Source: Mobula hypostoma
Taxonomy: Eukaryota
Reading direction: 5' to 3'
Assembly: GCF_963921235.1 (NCBI RefSeq)
Contig: NC_086108.1
Coordinates: 32,986,001-33,050,000, forward strand
Length of the DNA: 64,000 nucleotides
Shown here: positions 47,131 to 61,345 of the stretch, piece by piece
Layout of the letters: each line of letters opens with the position of its first letter
How positions within the stretch are numbered: the first letter of the stretch is position 1
The notes under the pieces: generated by a model
The model's input: the letters and a program-made list of their open reading frames with translations, nothing else
The model's database searches: none
What the model was told of the DNA's origin: nothing
Position numbers and translations under genes: made by a program

Positions 47131-48659
47131 AATGATGGGCCATGAAGCCCACCATCCCGTTACAGCCTGCTTGGAAAGAAGTAGTAATCTTTCAGTTCCA
47201 CAGTATTATTTGTCCATTTAAGTCTTTCTTGATTAATTGATCTAATGTGTTGGAAATGTTCCCTTTATCCAGTGTTTATTGCATACAAAGATCCCAACTC
47301 AGTTACCTCCTGTTAAGATGGAAATGTTTAAGCTTTCCCACTTTTTGCCCCTTGCCCAGTCTCCAGCTCTAATCAGTCATGGCATTGCCACAAGAGGTAA
47401 AAGGAAACCAATAAGTTATGGTATTGAATATGGGTAAGAAAATAGCGGGCACAATCAGTGCATGTTAGTTCAACGAATAATCAATGGAATTTCTCCATGG
47501 GCTAGAATAGGCTCAAGGGCTGAAAGGTCTCCTTCTTTGTCATAAGAAGACACGGATGTAAAATAGGGAATTAAAATGTGGCAGCATTATTGACATGACC
47601 ATACCAATAAAAAAATTAAGTTGTTTTGACCCTTGTGCTGTCTTCAGACCTTGAAAGGTCACTTTGGTTTGAAGTGTTGGTAGATTAGATTGAATGCATG
47701 GTGAATAGGATGATGACAGAAATGCATTGATTCAGCAATATGTTTCACTTTTGTTGCCAGTGATGGCTGCTAATTTGGAATGATAGGTCTCGTCTGGCAC
47801 CAGGTCTCCTAATGCTTGTTGATTGTTTTCAGTATAATCCTTCGGCACCCTCCATTTGAACTCAATTCAAAAATGCAAACGCTGCAAGTGGCAGTAATGG
47901 CAACGTTGACAGACTTGACATCAACGACTCTTTGCAGGTAGGCACCAAACTAGTTCTTGAAGCACTGTTTTCACAACATTAAGCTGCTAGCTGACAAAAA
48001 ATGTATCACACTCGCACTTCTCCTTGGCATTGCTTAGGTGATTCTGAGAGGGAGAAGCAGAGAGGATGATGAAAAATTATTTGTTTCTTGGCACATAGTC
48101 TCGGCAGATAGCCACTCAGGAAGGATGTTTCTTTAGGCAGAGAGCCGTAGATTTCTGGAATCCTCTACATCGAGAGGGCAGTGCATATTTAGTTGCTGAG
48201 TGAGTGCAAGGCTGAGATTGACAGATGCTTGGATACCAAGGTGATATGGTGATCAGGTGGGAAAAGGAACTTTTGGGGTTATCTTGAACAGACTGTTGCA
48301 CACCTGCCTGATCTGCAGAGACAGGTTCATACCCCAACAGTAAATTCTACTCCAGTGATTGTCCAGTTGGCGGTCCTATTGTCCAGGAGATTGCTCCAGT
48401 CTTCCACCTGAGTTTGGGATTTTGCTGTACTTGCAGGTATCCTGTCCTTAGGATAACACTGGGATTTGGAATATCTGCTCTATAGGGCTTCCTGCATTGC
48501 TTGGATTGATAGGGGAGCATCTGAATGAAACGTCAGTGGACACATTGCAACAGGACTATTGCATGACGTGATGTGGAGATTGTGCTGCCAACAGATCTGG
48601 GTAACTTTCATTATGCGCTCATGAGGGAACAGTATGATGGTGGTTAAGTTGGTCACAGA

Positions 48660-49530
48660 CTTCTTCTTCTTAGGCAGTCCCCCATTTTGGAGGATGACTC
48701 ACTTCCACTGGAGTTCTGTGGGTTCTGAGGCAGCTGATGAAGGAAGTGCAGACTGGGCAGGAAGTGCCTGATTGAGCACTTCCTGCCTCTAATTAATTGG
48801 AGGGGTTTGTGTGTTACTGAGCTCCTTACACCACCTGAGCTGCCACGTGCTCCTAGGTCATAGCCTCAAGGTCGTTGGTACCGTTAGAATGTCCCTTCTC
48901 TTCTTTAAGTATTCATGGGCCGGGGATTTCCAGGAGTTACTTACTTCTCTTCAATGAAGGTTTTGAGCATCAGCTTGAATAGTGTTCTGTCTTCCGGGTA
49001 ACTCCCTCCCATATCAGAGTTCAAATTAAGTTTCAGGAGACTGGTGTTGGGCATGTGACCGATACTGCCGCCAGAGAGTGACAAGAGCCTCCATGTTGCA
49101 CTGTTGGACCAGGAAGTGACACTGAGATTGATTCACTTTTTCCCAGGGTTCAGAGCATCAAGAATCAGTAGGTTTAGGATTAGAGAGGAAAGACAGAAAC
49201 CTGAGGGACTTTCTTTTCACTCAGAGGGTATGGAACAAGCTGTTAGAGGAAACTGATTGAGGTAGCTACGTTTACAATGTTGCATAGGTTCATGCTAGGA
49301 AAGGTCCAGAGGGATATGGAACAGGCACACGAGCTTAGATGGGAATGCTTAGTATGGGCCAGTCCAGCTAAAGGGTCTGTTCCATGCTGTATGACTCTGT
49401 GCAGCATCTTTCCAGTGAACTTGGAGGGTTTTGTGGAGATAGTATTGATGACAGTTTTCCAGTGCCTTGAAATGCCTTCCATAGCTCGGCCAGGTCTCAG
49501 AAGCATTCAGAAGGGCTGTGATCACTTGAA
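48660..49530 (-). mobile_element. Decayed RTE-clade LINE fragment with nested CR1 piece (~49150-49400)
   Basis: ORF 49349-49558 contains ALLNASETW..YGRHFKALE.CHQ..L.KTLQVHWKD. (GAA)n tail at ~48660-48670. Confidence 0.65.
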
Positions 49531-50299
49531 TAAATCCCGTTGAAGGGCTTGTTTCCATACTGTATGTCTGTGAATTATGCTACACAGGAGCAGGCTGTTC
49601 AGCCCATTATGTTTATGATCCAACTATCAAGTATGTGTCTGTACTATTCCCATTTACCAGCACTTGGCCTGCAACCTAGTCGACATTAGCAATTCATGTG
49701 ACTCTTAAACATTGGAGAGTTCCTGATTCCACCACCTTCTCAGGAAGTGTATTCTGGATCACAGCCCCACTTGTAATATCCTGTGATCTATTGATGAGTC
49801 ATGGCATAGGATGGCCTTTAGCTGCATCAAGCTCGCAAACTTGGCCACACACTTTGACCTCAAAAAGTCCTGATGCTTACAATTGTTATATCTTCTCCAA
49901 GTCACTGTGTAATGACCAGTCATGAATCCATCTTAGAAACTCTGTACAGGAAATGATTTGCTTTTAACCCTTGGCTGTCATACATTGTGGTGTAGATTAA
50001 TAGAGCATAGAACTATGGCATAGTGTATGGCTTTTGGCCCACAATATTGTGCTGTCCATTTAGCCTACTCTAACCTCAAACTATCCCCTCCCTCCTCTAT
50101 CAATATGATCTTTGAAATCATTGTGTCAGGCAGTAAACTATACAAACCCCAATCGCTGAATGGAGACAAGCAATCTGCTTTTCTAGAAGTAGGCTATCTA
50201 AACTGACCACTGCAGCAAGTTGTCTGAAGAAACTACTTCAATAGGACTTCTTACGAACTTCAACAAACAACTTTCAACAGGGCCACCATGTTGACGTGA

Positions 50300-50672
50300 T
50301 TTGGAGGCTTATGTGCCTCAGTGACCTGGAGAGCTGTACTGGCTGGGCCTTGTGCTTCGGCTCTTGGTAGGTCAAAGGGTAGAGGTCAGACTTAGAGTGG
50401 TCTGCTGGTCCTCCAGGCTTGGAGGTTCAGCTCAGGGTTAACAACTCTGACTGTTCAAACAAGACTGTTACAGAAAGAGCAATGAAGGATCCTATATCTG
50501 AGTGCAATGGTATTCCTGAGACTCCACCCAGGACTTGCATGGCTGGCAGTAGTGAAAACTGAAACTAGGGGCATGATGAAGGAAGCCCCGAGCACTGCCA
50601 CCAAGGGCAGACAGAGATGGTGGACCTTAATTGCTGCCCTAAATGCCAGTGGCATAATGGGCAGTAAGTATT
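50300..50672 (+). mobile_element. RTE-related non-autonomous element
   Basis: Ends RQRWWTLIAALNASG with a TAAGTA tail; has an RTE-like 5' region. Family assignment is from recall. Confidence 0.55.
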
Positions 50673-51479
50673 ACCACCATCAAAATGATAACCAAACCCA
50701 CAGCCAGCAGCACCTAATACCTGCAGACTAATTTCACACTAAAACAGAGTAACTTCTTCTCCAGCAAAGTGGGACAATGGATAAAAGTTATATAATATTC
50801 AAGTGGTCAAAACCAATTGTAGTCAAATGCAACTGTGTTGTCTTCAGATGGAATTGGCTCATAATTAAACAATCAGCTCCAATCCATTCAGGATTAGTGA
50901 CATACAGCTGGAACAGACACACAATAGCAATCTCCAGCTAGAGACAAGCAGATAAGACCATAAGACCATAATTAGGCCATTCGGCCCATCGAGTCTGTGA
51001 TCATGGCTGATTTATTTTCCCTCCCATTCTGTTACCTTCTCCCCATAACTTCTGATGCTTTAGATAATCAAGAATCTATCAACCTCCACTTTAAATATAC
51101 TCACTACAGCCTGAGGTAGTGACTTCCAGTACTGGGTACAGCGAACACTCACTAACAATCAACACCCTGAGCCTGTTACGGGAGACGTGCGCTCAAGAAC
51201 CACTGGGTCTCTAGGCCAGCTGTTGTGAGGGGGCTGATGTAGGAGACAGGCAGGAGATGGAAGGTCTGGGGTTACTGAAACTTCTGTGTCATGGAGCAAT
51301 ACAGCACCGATAAAGGCTCTTCGGCCCATCTAGTCCATGCAGAGAACAGTGCCACCCAGTTTCCTGTCTCATAGAACTGTGACTGCAGACTGCACTGCAG
51401 ATCATATGTAATGTGCACCTTGCTTTTGGATGCATCAGGCTGTGCATAGAGCTGAATTACGTGGGCAATAAGTGTCACT

Positions 51480-52720
51480 CTGTGCTGAGAATCTATCTGT
51501 CTCTGTTGTTGTGAGGGATGGGCCTGATCCCATTGCAACATTCAAGCCAGCTGGACTTTACCAGTCTTTCGTGAAACAGTTCTTCCAGGTGAACACCTTG
51601 GACCACAAACCCACCAGGCACGGAATACCCTGCAGACGCTGCCGGATAAAGACTTGGTGCATACTGTGGGGTGGTTCCCAAGCAAACTGTCCAAGCTATC
51701 TGCGAGAATGCCTCATGACCAGAACCTGCCAACAAGCACCAAAATCTCACTTTGCTGGCATTGAGAGAAACCCTGCCAGTTACATCCTTCCTGTAAGGTC
51801 AGAATCTCACTTCCACCTCACAATGCCTTCTAGTTAGGTGTGGTCAAGAGGAAACAGTTACCCATCTCTTTGCAGACTGTGGAATTGCTAAGCCAGTGAG
51901 GAGAAGGATGCAATAGACTTGTCTGGTTCCTTCTGCAAAATTGTGTAACAGAAGACATTCTGGTCTATCTGGACAATTCTGATTTGATGGAGAATGGACG
52001 TGAAAGCACAGAGGAACATCTGGAGAAATTTCTGAAACGCCCCTTCGCTGCTGTCATTACTGTGTGGTCGGGAATTTTTTGGAGGGTAGGCCTCAAAATC
52101 CCTAGCTTTGCCTGCTTTTGGCAACCAAGGTTGAGGTTGAATCGTTCGGACAGAGATGGCGCTCAGGATTCGGTGTCGGAGAGCTGATCAGAGCTCGAAG
52201 TTTTCAGTTGACTCAGAGTCGGACTATGGTCGGCATGGCAGGGAGAGTTTTTCTTCCTTCTCCCGTCTACGTGAGATGTGGGACATTTGAGAAACTTTGA
52301 ACTTTACTATGCTCACGGACTTCTTCATCAAGTTATGGTATTGTTACACTGTTTGTAACTATATGTTATAATTATGTGGTTTTGTCAGTTTTTTCAGTCT
52401 TGGTTTGTCCTGTGTTTTGTGATATCACACTGGAGGGAATAATGTATCATTTCTTAATGCATGCATTACTAAATGACAATAAAAGAGGACTACTTGTCTT
52501 CATAATCATATCATCTGCTCCTAGGGGTGCATAGAAAGCCGGACAGCAAGTGCTGCTGGAAGATTATCGATATGGTGAAAGATTCACCCTGGTCTGCCCA
52601 AGACTATTTGGTCTTCCAGCATGCTGATGTGTCTATAAGGATATGCTGTGGCCTGGCACATTCCAGACTAATAGAGTACATGCACTGAGGCTTGGCACGG
52701 GCAGTGCAAATTTCTGTGAG
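51480..52720 (+). mobile_element. Decayed Tx1-like LINE ORF2 C-terminal remnant, interrupted at ~52125-52510
   Basis: SFVKQFFQVNTLDHK and VKDSPWSAQDYLVFQH..CCGLAHSRLIEY motifs. Confidence 0.6.
52125..52512 (+). mobile_element. Non-autonomous retroposon with Rex1-like tail
   Basis: CpG-rich body ending AATGACAATAAA; the same motif ends the Rex1 element at 11131-11165. Confidence 0.55.
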
Positions 52721-52959
52721 GAAAAGCCATACTCCGAGTTCCTCCTACTGCTGTGCTGATTCTGGCAAGGAATCCACTCACACACCATTGGGGTGGATCA
52801 CATGAGTGGCAATAGTTCTATATAAAAAGAAATGGTGCTAAGTTTATTTTCAAAATTGAATGTCGTGTTATGTTATTCTTTATTGCCCTGTTGTCTGCAG
52901 AACTTCACTGTCTGCAAAGTGGCCACTGTACCGTCATTGCAATGATGGAGTGGCAGACT

Positions 52960-53520
52960 CGAGGCTACAGTAGCAGTAGGCCCTCAATTGATCGGAGTTG
53001 ACCTCGGATGCTGTGCCTTAGCTGTCTATGCAAGCCAGGGCAGTACAATATGAAGAGCAGCAGGCTCCCCCTCTCCATACAGCTGCTGAGTCCAAGGGAA
53101 GGACAGAAACCAAATCAGTTTGGCCACCAGCAGCATTGCAGGAGTTGTCAGCCAGCATTGAACTCAACGTAGGACTGACTGCCTGGATTTTTTCTCTGGG
53201 ACTTACTCTCAAAGTCTTCCCCATGACTGGGTTGAGCTGCAAGGCAGCGGAGGTTTGAGATTAGAGTTTTCCTTCTACTTGATGAGATGGCAACCATGAC
53301 TGACCAGCCCCGTCTGTCCGAAATGATCAGTTTTAAGGCAGTAGTAACTTGCATTTGCCCCTTCCCCAGTCAGTAGAAATGGTTCTGCCAGGCTTAGTCG
53401 CTAGGCCACATGTGGAGACCAGGAGCTGGACTTGTAAGATGCACGCCATTGGGAGTATTTAATAGGTAGTGGAAGCTTATCCCACACCCCCTCCATCAGC
53501 TATGACAACCTTAAGGAACT
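52960..53520 (-). mobile_element. RTE-related 5' region / non-autonomous element
   Basis: Minus-strand AGAAGGAAAACTCTAATCTCAAACC motif, recalled from RTE 5' UTRs. Confidence 0.45.
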
Positions 53521-54309
53521 GCTGAGGCTATGAAAGGTTCAATATAATGCAAGTTATTTCATTCTTTACTGAAAAAAAAGGAGGGTAGTTGTAATCTTTA
53601 CAGTTTACTCAAAGATGAAAAAATGCTTTCCTAATCTTATGATCCCACCTTAAGTCTATGAGGAATATGAAATAAAATCCTCTTGTGGGATGATGACACT
53701 GACTGAAAAAAATATAGGATCTGTTCTGATTCTTTTTCAGATTTATGTGATTCATGTTCATTTCATTTGTTCCTTCAGCTTATTGCAAAAAAAAAAAATT
53801 GCCTGCATTTCCAATTGAAGACAAGTATTGAAATTGTTGTTATTCATTTGCTGAATGTGGAAATTGAGAGAAAAGGTTTAAAGTGGTGGTGAGCAGCTGT
53901 TGTCTGTGTTCTGAAAGACTTCCCACAGAGCTGGGAGAGAAAAAAAAACTGCAGATACTGGAAACTGAAAATGCAGGAAGAACCCAGGCATGTTCTTGAA
54001 GGGGGAACTGGGAGATGGTGATGTCTACCAACAACCATTGCCATCACAGATGTCGTAGACTGGGAGATGATCAAAAGAAAATTTGCAATGAATCTTGAAA
54101 ATGCTGTTTGAAATTCTGAGGATGAAGTGTCAGTCAAGCAAATGGTTTTATGTATCCTGGGTTTGTGCTATATATGTATTTTAGGGGACCTTAGGGTTTT
54201 GGCTTGAGAGTCATTCATTTAACCTAACCTTGGAGCCAGAGCCTATGATCAAGATTATATGCACATGAAGAAATATTAGGTTACAAAGAAGGATGATAGT
54301 GGCTATACT

Positions 54310-54930
54310 TCATTAGGAGTCTGTGGAAATTTGGCATGTCACCAAAGACACCCACAAATTTCTGCAGGTGTACAGTGGGAGTATTCTAACTGGTTGTATC
54401 ACCGTCCATTATGGGTGTAAGGTGTTGGGGGCAATGCATAGGATCAAAAGAAGCTGCATAAATTTGTGAACTCAGCCAATTCCATCATGGACATTAGCTT
54501 CCCAGCGCCCAGGACATCTTCAAGAAGTGATTCCTCAAAAAAGTAGCTTCTATCATTAAGGACCCCCATCACCAAGGACGTGCTCTCTTCTCATTACCAT
54601 CAGGGGAGGAGCTACAGGAGCCTGAAGGCACACACTCAACAATTCAGGAATGGCTTCTTTCCCTCTGCCATCCGATTTCTCAGTGGATGTTGAACCTCAC
54701 TTTGTTTTCCTCGTTTTGACCTAAAGGGGATAGGACACTCATTTAAGGATTCTGTTTTACTGTTATTTCATGTCCTCGTTATTTATTGCTATTTACTTAT
54801 ATCTGTATTTGCATAGCTTTCAGTTTACAGTTACTGTTCTATAGACTTGCTAAGTTTGCCTGCAGAAAAAGAATCTCAAGGTTGTATGTGGTGACATGTA
54901 TGTATTCTAATAATACATTTTACTTTGAAC
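54310..54930 (+). mobile_element. Rex1/Babar LINE 3' fragment
   Basis: ASIIKDPHHQGRALFSLPSG..YRSLKAHTQQFRN motif with a TACTTTGAAC tail. Confidence 0.82.
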
Positions 54931-57294
54931 ATATATATTTAAAAAGTTAAATTATATATACTAACTGTAATTTACAGTTTTTGTTATTATGTATCACAAT
55001 GTACGCCGCTGCATAACAACAAATTTCATAACATATGCCAATGATATTACACTGATTCTGATTCCAAAGTAGCCCTTCTCGTTCTAAAACATTTGCTACA
55101 AATGTCTTTTTATCACAGGAAATTCTTTGCTTGCTAATAATAAATTTAAGCCTCAGGGCACGCATGCCATTTGGTTACATTGTCCCTGTGCTGGTGCCAT
55201 TACTCTACTGGAACCCTGCACGGTCGCAGCCTGAGCTACTGACTGCAAAGGCAGTATGCTAGTCAAATAATCCTCTGCTATGAGTCTGGTACAACATAAC
55301 CCAACTTAACGCTCACAAATTGCAGCAAGTCAACATCAGTGTAAAGAGGACAATTTGCTCAGTGGAATATTAGAAAAATAAATCAATGAGAGATTTAAAT
55401 CCAGCCAAATTTAAACCTGGAAATCCAAGTGTTAGCAGCAGTGAATTGCTTCTTGGCCTAGTATTAGCAGGAGTAGCAATACTCCGATTAATTGAATATT
55501 TTTAAGTAAAGCGGAAAATGTATTGGAAATTCGAGTCAATTAAAAAAACTTTTGGAGTGGTAGAGCAACTTCATGATAGTAAATGTTAACGCAAACTAGC
55601 AGCTAGAAATACCCAAAACTAGATGCAAAAAATGTAACTAAACAAAGCTAAAGCTGTTGAAATTAATGAATATCTAAAACCAGTACATTGCAGAGGCTGG
55701 TAATAACATTTAATCAGGAAACAAATGTAAGACCATTATAGATACTTTGTAAGCCATTCAGGATAAAATGTTTTCAAGATCAAAAAGAATAGACTAATCA
55801 AGCACAACCTTAAAGAATCCTGCACACAAATTAAAAGTGAAATAAAATGAAAAAGCTTATAGAAATCCTTGCAAGAAGAAAGGAAATGGCCCAACGGGGA
55901 TCAACAGAAGAAATTGCAGAAACACACATAAAGTTGATCAAAAAGCCAAAGGGAGATCTAGGGAAATAAAAGGATGAAGCACAGCATAAGAATCAGCAAT
56001 ACTATAATGAGCAGATGGAAATATGAAAAATGCTAAAAGCACAAAATAATAATGCTCTTTATGATTATCTCCTTTTAGGCCTCATTACAAAGATCTGAGA
56101 AATGTTCTTTCCAAAGTAATATATCGAATGTAAAAACAGAGGCATCTCCGACACAGGACCAAAAAATCCAAAGTAAATTAAATGTTATTTTAATATCGTA
56201 ACATGCAGTCGTGGTGCATGACTGTTCTTGGGTCTGAAGGCCAGCCCCATTCCAAGTACAGGTAGAAGTCAGCACAGTGATGAGCAGGAAATTGAGTGCA
56301 ATCAGGAAAATGAACTGGACATCAGTTCCCGTTGTAGAAAACTTCTTCCTTTTTTAATGTGTGACAACTTGAGTGTGAGGCAAAATCCCAAGGAGCAGGG
56401 AGATCACACTGGATATTTGCAATAAAAGCCACAGGAAAACAAATGAAATAGAATCATTGCATCCTCAGGGGATACTTGTCCAAAAGGCAATTCTCCTAAG
56501 AATTCCCCATAATTTTGAAAGTTATTTTTTCTTAAGAGCTGATCCAGTCAGCATCTGAAAGCCCTGATAGTTGTGTGTCCACCATCCTTGCAGACACCAA
56601 ATTCAGATTATGATCAACCTGTGGAAATAAAATCTTTTCCCTGTATTTCCTTGTATCCTCTGTCAATTACTTTGAACCTTTGAACCTAATTCCCTTGATG
56701 TTTAACACATCTGCTAATGGAAACAGCTTTTCTCTCTCTATCGGATCTCCTCACAATTTTTTTGCTTAAATGTGAACAATCTCAGCTTCTTCAGCCTAAT
56801 TCCTTACCCTGAAACAGATTATGTAAACTCTTCTGCAGATGCTCTAGTCTAGGGATTCACATCCTTCATAAAATGTGCTGATTGGAAATGGATGTAATAT
56901 TATCTCAATAAATAATAGATAAAAAAAATACTAGTTAAGGCCTATCTGTTATTTATAATGGTCCTATACTCTCCCTGTTCTAGTATTACATATATGAAAT
57001 TCTAGATCCTATATGCTTTAGAAAAGTTTGTAGTTTCCAGGTGAGATTAAGGAACAAGCATGTTCTCTCTTTCTTGATGTTCAGCCAATGATGTTCAGCG
57101 CGCTCTGATCAAGCACTTTCAAATAATGTTTTATATTTTTTATAACATCACAAGTATGGCTGGTACTCACAACTCTAGTTTTAACTGGTCTCAGGTACCT
57201 GAGTTAGGATTTGATGATATGAGTTATAGGGAAAGATTGACTAGATTAAGACTTTATTCTCTGGAGTGCAGAGAATGAGGGGAGATCTTCTAGA

Positions 57295-57370
57295 TTGGGG
57301 ATTCCCAACCTTTTCATGCTATGGGTGCTTACCATTAACTGAGGGGTTGGTGGACCCTAGGTTGGGAAAG
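57295..57370. mobile_element. Small hAT-like MITE inside a CR1 fragment
   Basis: TTCCCAACC ... GGTTGGGAA inverted ends. A related partial copy lies at ~28736-28790. Confidence 0.5.
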
Positions 57371-58011
57371 TTGTAGAGGTATACAAAATTGTGAGGGGTA
57401 TCTTTCCAGCTTCCTTATAATTCTCACAAGCTCTGCTGATATTTGCTTCCTAAATAGAGATTGGCTGGTACGACATTATGGGCGTCACTGAGTCATGCCT
57501 GAAAGAGGATCATAGATGGGAGCTTAACATCCAATGATACACCTTGTATTGAGAGGACAGTCAGGTAGGCAGAAGGGTGAGGTGGCTCTGTTGGTAAAAA
57601 ACAAAATCAAACACTTTGAAAGACGTGATGTAGGATTGGAAGACGTAGGATCCTTATGGGTAGAGTTAAGAAGGTGAAAGGTTAAAAAGACCCTGATGGG
57701 AGTTATATACAGGCCTCTGAACAGTAACCAGGATGTGGGATGCAAGTTGCAGCAGGAGATAGAAATGGCATGTATAAAGGGCAATGTTACAATACTGAAG
57801 GAGGATTTCAGTATGCAGATAGATTGGGAAAACCAGGTTAGTGGTGAATCCCAAGAGATGGAATCTGTTGAATGCCTACGAGAGCAGCTTGTGTCTGAGC
57901 CCACTAGGGAAAAGGCAATTCTGGTTTGGGTATTGTGTAATAAACCAGCTTTGATTAGGGAGCTTATGGTAAAGGAACCCTTAGGAGGCAGTAATCATAA
58001 TATAATAGAAT

Positions 58012-58504
58012 TATATGTGCTATCATGTTTGCCGTTCTGTGCTGGGGCAGCAGGCTGAGGGTGGCAGACACCAACAGAATCAACAAACTCATTCGTAAGG
58101 CCAATGATGTTGTGGGGATGGAACTGGACTCTCTCACGGTGGTGTCTGAAAAGAGGATGCTGTCTAAGTTGCATGCCATCTTGGTCAATGTCTCCCATCC
58201 ACTACATAATGGGCACAGGAGTACATTCAGCCAGAGACTCATTCCACTGAGATGCAGCACAGAGCGTCATAGGAAGTCATTCCTACCTGTGGCCATCAAA
58301 CTTGACAACTCCTCCCTTGGAGGGTCAGACATCCTGAGCCAATAGGCTGGTCCTGAACTTATTCCATAATTTACTGGCATAATTTACATATTACTATTTA
58401 ACTATTTATGGTTCTATTACTATTTATTATTTATGGAGCAACCGTAACGAAAACCAATTTCCCCTGGGATCAATAAAGTATGACTATGACTATGACTATG
58501 ACTA
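58012..58504 (+). mobile_element. Rex1/Babar LINE 3' fragment, (GACTAT)n tail
   Basis: ORF 58025-58345. The host CR1 is contiguous across it, with an AATT duplication. Confidence 0.9.
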
Positions 58505-59790
58505 ATTCACCCTGTAGTTTGAGAGGGAGGAGATAGAGTCAGATGTATCAGTATTACAGTGGAATAAAGGGAATTACAGAGGCATGAGAAAGGAGATGGC
58601 CAAAGCTGATTGGAAGGCACACTAGTAGAGATGGCAGCAGAACCACAATGGTTGGAAATTTTGGGAGCAATTGGTAAGGTGCAGGACATATACATCCGAA
58701 AAGTGAAGTAGTATTTTAAAGGGGGGGATGAGGTTACTATGGCTGACAAAGGGAAGTCAAAGAAAATATAAAAGAAAAAGAGAGAGAATATTATACAGCA
58801 AAAATTAGTGGGAAGTTAGAGAATTGAGAAGCTTTTAAAACCCACAGAAAGCAATTAAAAATGTCATAAGAAGAGTGAAGATGAAATATGAAGGTAAACG
58901 AGCCAATAATATAAAAGGGGATGCTAAATGTTTTTTCGGATACATAAAGAGTAAACGAGAAGTGAGAGTATACATTGGACCACTGGGAAATGATGTTGGA
59001 GACCTGGCAATGGGAGACAAAGAAGTGGCAGACGAACTTAATAAATGCTTTGCATCAGTCTTCACTGTGGAAGACACTAGCTGTGTGCCAGGAATGTGAG
59101 CTTGTCATGCGGCAGATATGAGTGTTGCTGCTCTTACTGAAGAGACAGTACTTCAGGAGCTGAAAGGTCTGAAGGTCGATAAGTTACCTGCACCAACATG
59201 GACTATACCCCAAAGGTCTGAAAGAAGATTATAGGAGGGATTATGGAGGCATTATTAATGATCTTTAAAGAGTCGCTAGATTCTGGCATTGTTCCAGAGG
59301 TCATAAAAATTGGAAATATCACTCCACTCTTTAAGAAGGGAGGGAAACAAGAGAAAGGAAATTATAAGCCGGTTAGCCTGACTTAAGTAGTTGGGAAGAT
59401 GTTGGAATCCATTATTAAGAATGACATTTCAGGGTACTTGGAGGCATATGATAAAATAGCCCACAGTCAGCATGGTTTCCTTAAGAGGAAGTCTTGCCTG
59501 ACATATTAGTTGGAATTCTTTAAAGAAATAACAAGCAGGATAGGCAAAGGAGAATTGGTGTATGTTGCTTTCCCTGATTCTCAGAAGGTCTTAGACAAGG
59601 TACCACTCATAAGGATGCTAAGCAACATAAGGGACCATGGTATTACAGGAAAGATACTAGCATGGATAGAAGATTGGCTGACTTGCAGGAGGCAAAGAGT
59701 GGGAATAAAGGGGGCCTTTCCTGGTTAGCTGCTGGTGACTAGTGATGTTCCACAGGAGTTGATGTTGGCACCGCTTATTTTCATGTTATA

Positions 59791-60258
59791 CACGAGGATA
59801 TACCCAATCAAAATTTTTCCATGGACAGCTCCCAGACCATTCGGGCTGACCGGAAGTGCACTGAGAGCAGTAAGCATAAAGGAGTTGGGCGCTTACTGTT
59901 CTGCTTAACAACAGATGGTGCAATCCGGGTCATATTACAATCAAGGAACGTGTTTGTAGACCGGATAGTGAACGTTTTACTGTTGGACTTCGGCCATATT
60001 CCACCGAGATACAACACTGGGCGGCACGGGAGGTCGTTCCTGCCTGTGGCCATCGAACTTGCAGCTCCTCCCGTGGAAGGTCAGACCCCCTGAGCCAATA
60101 GACTGGTCCTGGACTTATTTTCCATCTGGCATAGTTTGCATTTTGTTGTTTGATTGTTTGTGGTTTTTGTATTGCTATATTTATGCTCTATTCTTGGTTG
60201 GTGCGGCTGTAACAAAACCCAATTTCCCTTGGGATCAATAAAGTATATCTATCTATCT
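59791..60258 (+). mobile_element. Internally deleted Rex1-type element (APE N-terminus fused to 3' end), (CTAT)n tail
   Basis: HEDIPNQ..QTIRADR..ES.K.KG..NNRWCNPGHITIKERVC.PD..VGLRPY, then a direct jump near 59997 into 3' terminal sequence homologous to 58240-58345. Confidence 0.75.
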
Positions 60259-60859
60259 ATGTCAACAATTTGGTTGATGGAATTGATGGTTTTGTGGGCA
60301 GGTTTGCAGACAATACGAAAATGGGGGGAGGGGCTGGTAGTGTTGAAGAAACTGGGAGTCAGCAGACAGACTTAGACAGATTGGGAAATAGGCAGCAAGG
60401 TGGCAGTTGGAATGGAGTGTAGGGAAGTGCATGGGCATGTACTTTTGTATAGGAATTAAGGTGTGGATTGTTTTCTAAATGGGGAGAAAGTTAATAAATC
60501 AGAGGTGCAAAGAGGCTTGGAATCCTCATGCAAGATTCCCAGTGGGCACAGCCTGAGGATACAAGGACTTCCATTTACAACAGAAACTGAGGAATCTCTT
60601 TAGCCTGGGGAGTGAACCTGTGAAATTCATTGCCACAAACAGCTGTGGAGGCCGTCATTGAGAATATTAAAACTTAAGCTGATAGGTTCTTGTTGGTCAG
60701 GGCATCAAAGGTTAGGGAGAAGTCAGGAGAAGGGGATTGAGAGGGATAATTAAACAGCCATAATGGAATGGTGGAGCAAACTCAATGTGCCAAATGGCCT
60801 AAATCCACTCCTATGTTTTATGGTCTAAACCTTCTAGACCATAAAAAAGAAATAAGAAA

Positions 60860-61345
60860 TCCTTCTTCATCTTGTTTCTCTACTCTTCTCAACCTTGATT
60901 CTTTCATTCTACTATCCTCTCCCTGTCTCAATGGGATAAAACTATCCAGAACCCATTCCCTAAACAACCTCCATATTTGCATTATACATTTCCCTCAGTT
61001 CATCTGTTCCTAATTTACGCTTCCAAGTTCCTGCTTAATAGCATCATAATTAGCCCTCACTCAAATAAATACTTTCCTATGCTGTCTGCTCTAACCTTTG
61101 TTCAAGGCTGTGCCAAAGGATAGCATTGTGGCCAGTCTCTGAAATTCCCACCCATTGAGATACCTGTCATCTGACTAGATTTTTTTTTACCTACAGTATG
61201 GTCTCTCATCGAGCCAGCTGCTTATATTTTGTGAACACACTTAACAAATTCTGTTCCATCTAAACCTCTTGCACTAATAAGGTGCCGATCAATATTAGGG
61301 AAGTTGAAGTCACCCACGACAACAACCCTGTTACTTTTGCACCTT
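60860..61345 (-). mobile_element. Old CR1 APE-region fragments
   Basis: Reverse complement of RVVVVGDFNFPNID and GQMTGISMG-like segments. Confidence 0.6.

Larger units (their letters stand above)
57440..60830 (+). mobile_element. Long decayed CR1 ORF2 + 3' UTR, split by two Rex1-family inserts
   Basis: ORFs 57696-58058 (GVIYRP), 58875-59099 and 59510-59728. 3' hairpin and tail at ~60770-60826. Confidence 0.88.

Noticed and set aside
55070..56500. A-rich stretch as a host exon or identifiable TE
   Set aside because: No sustained ORF or recognisable motif; possibly a very old repeat but cannot be supported.
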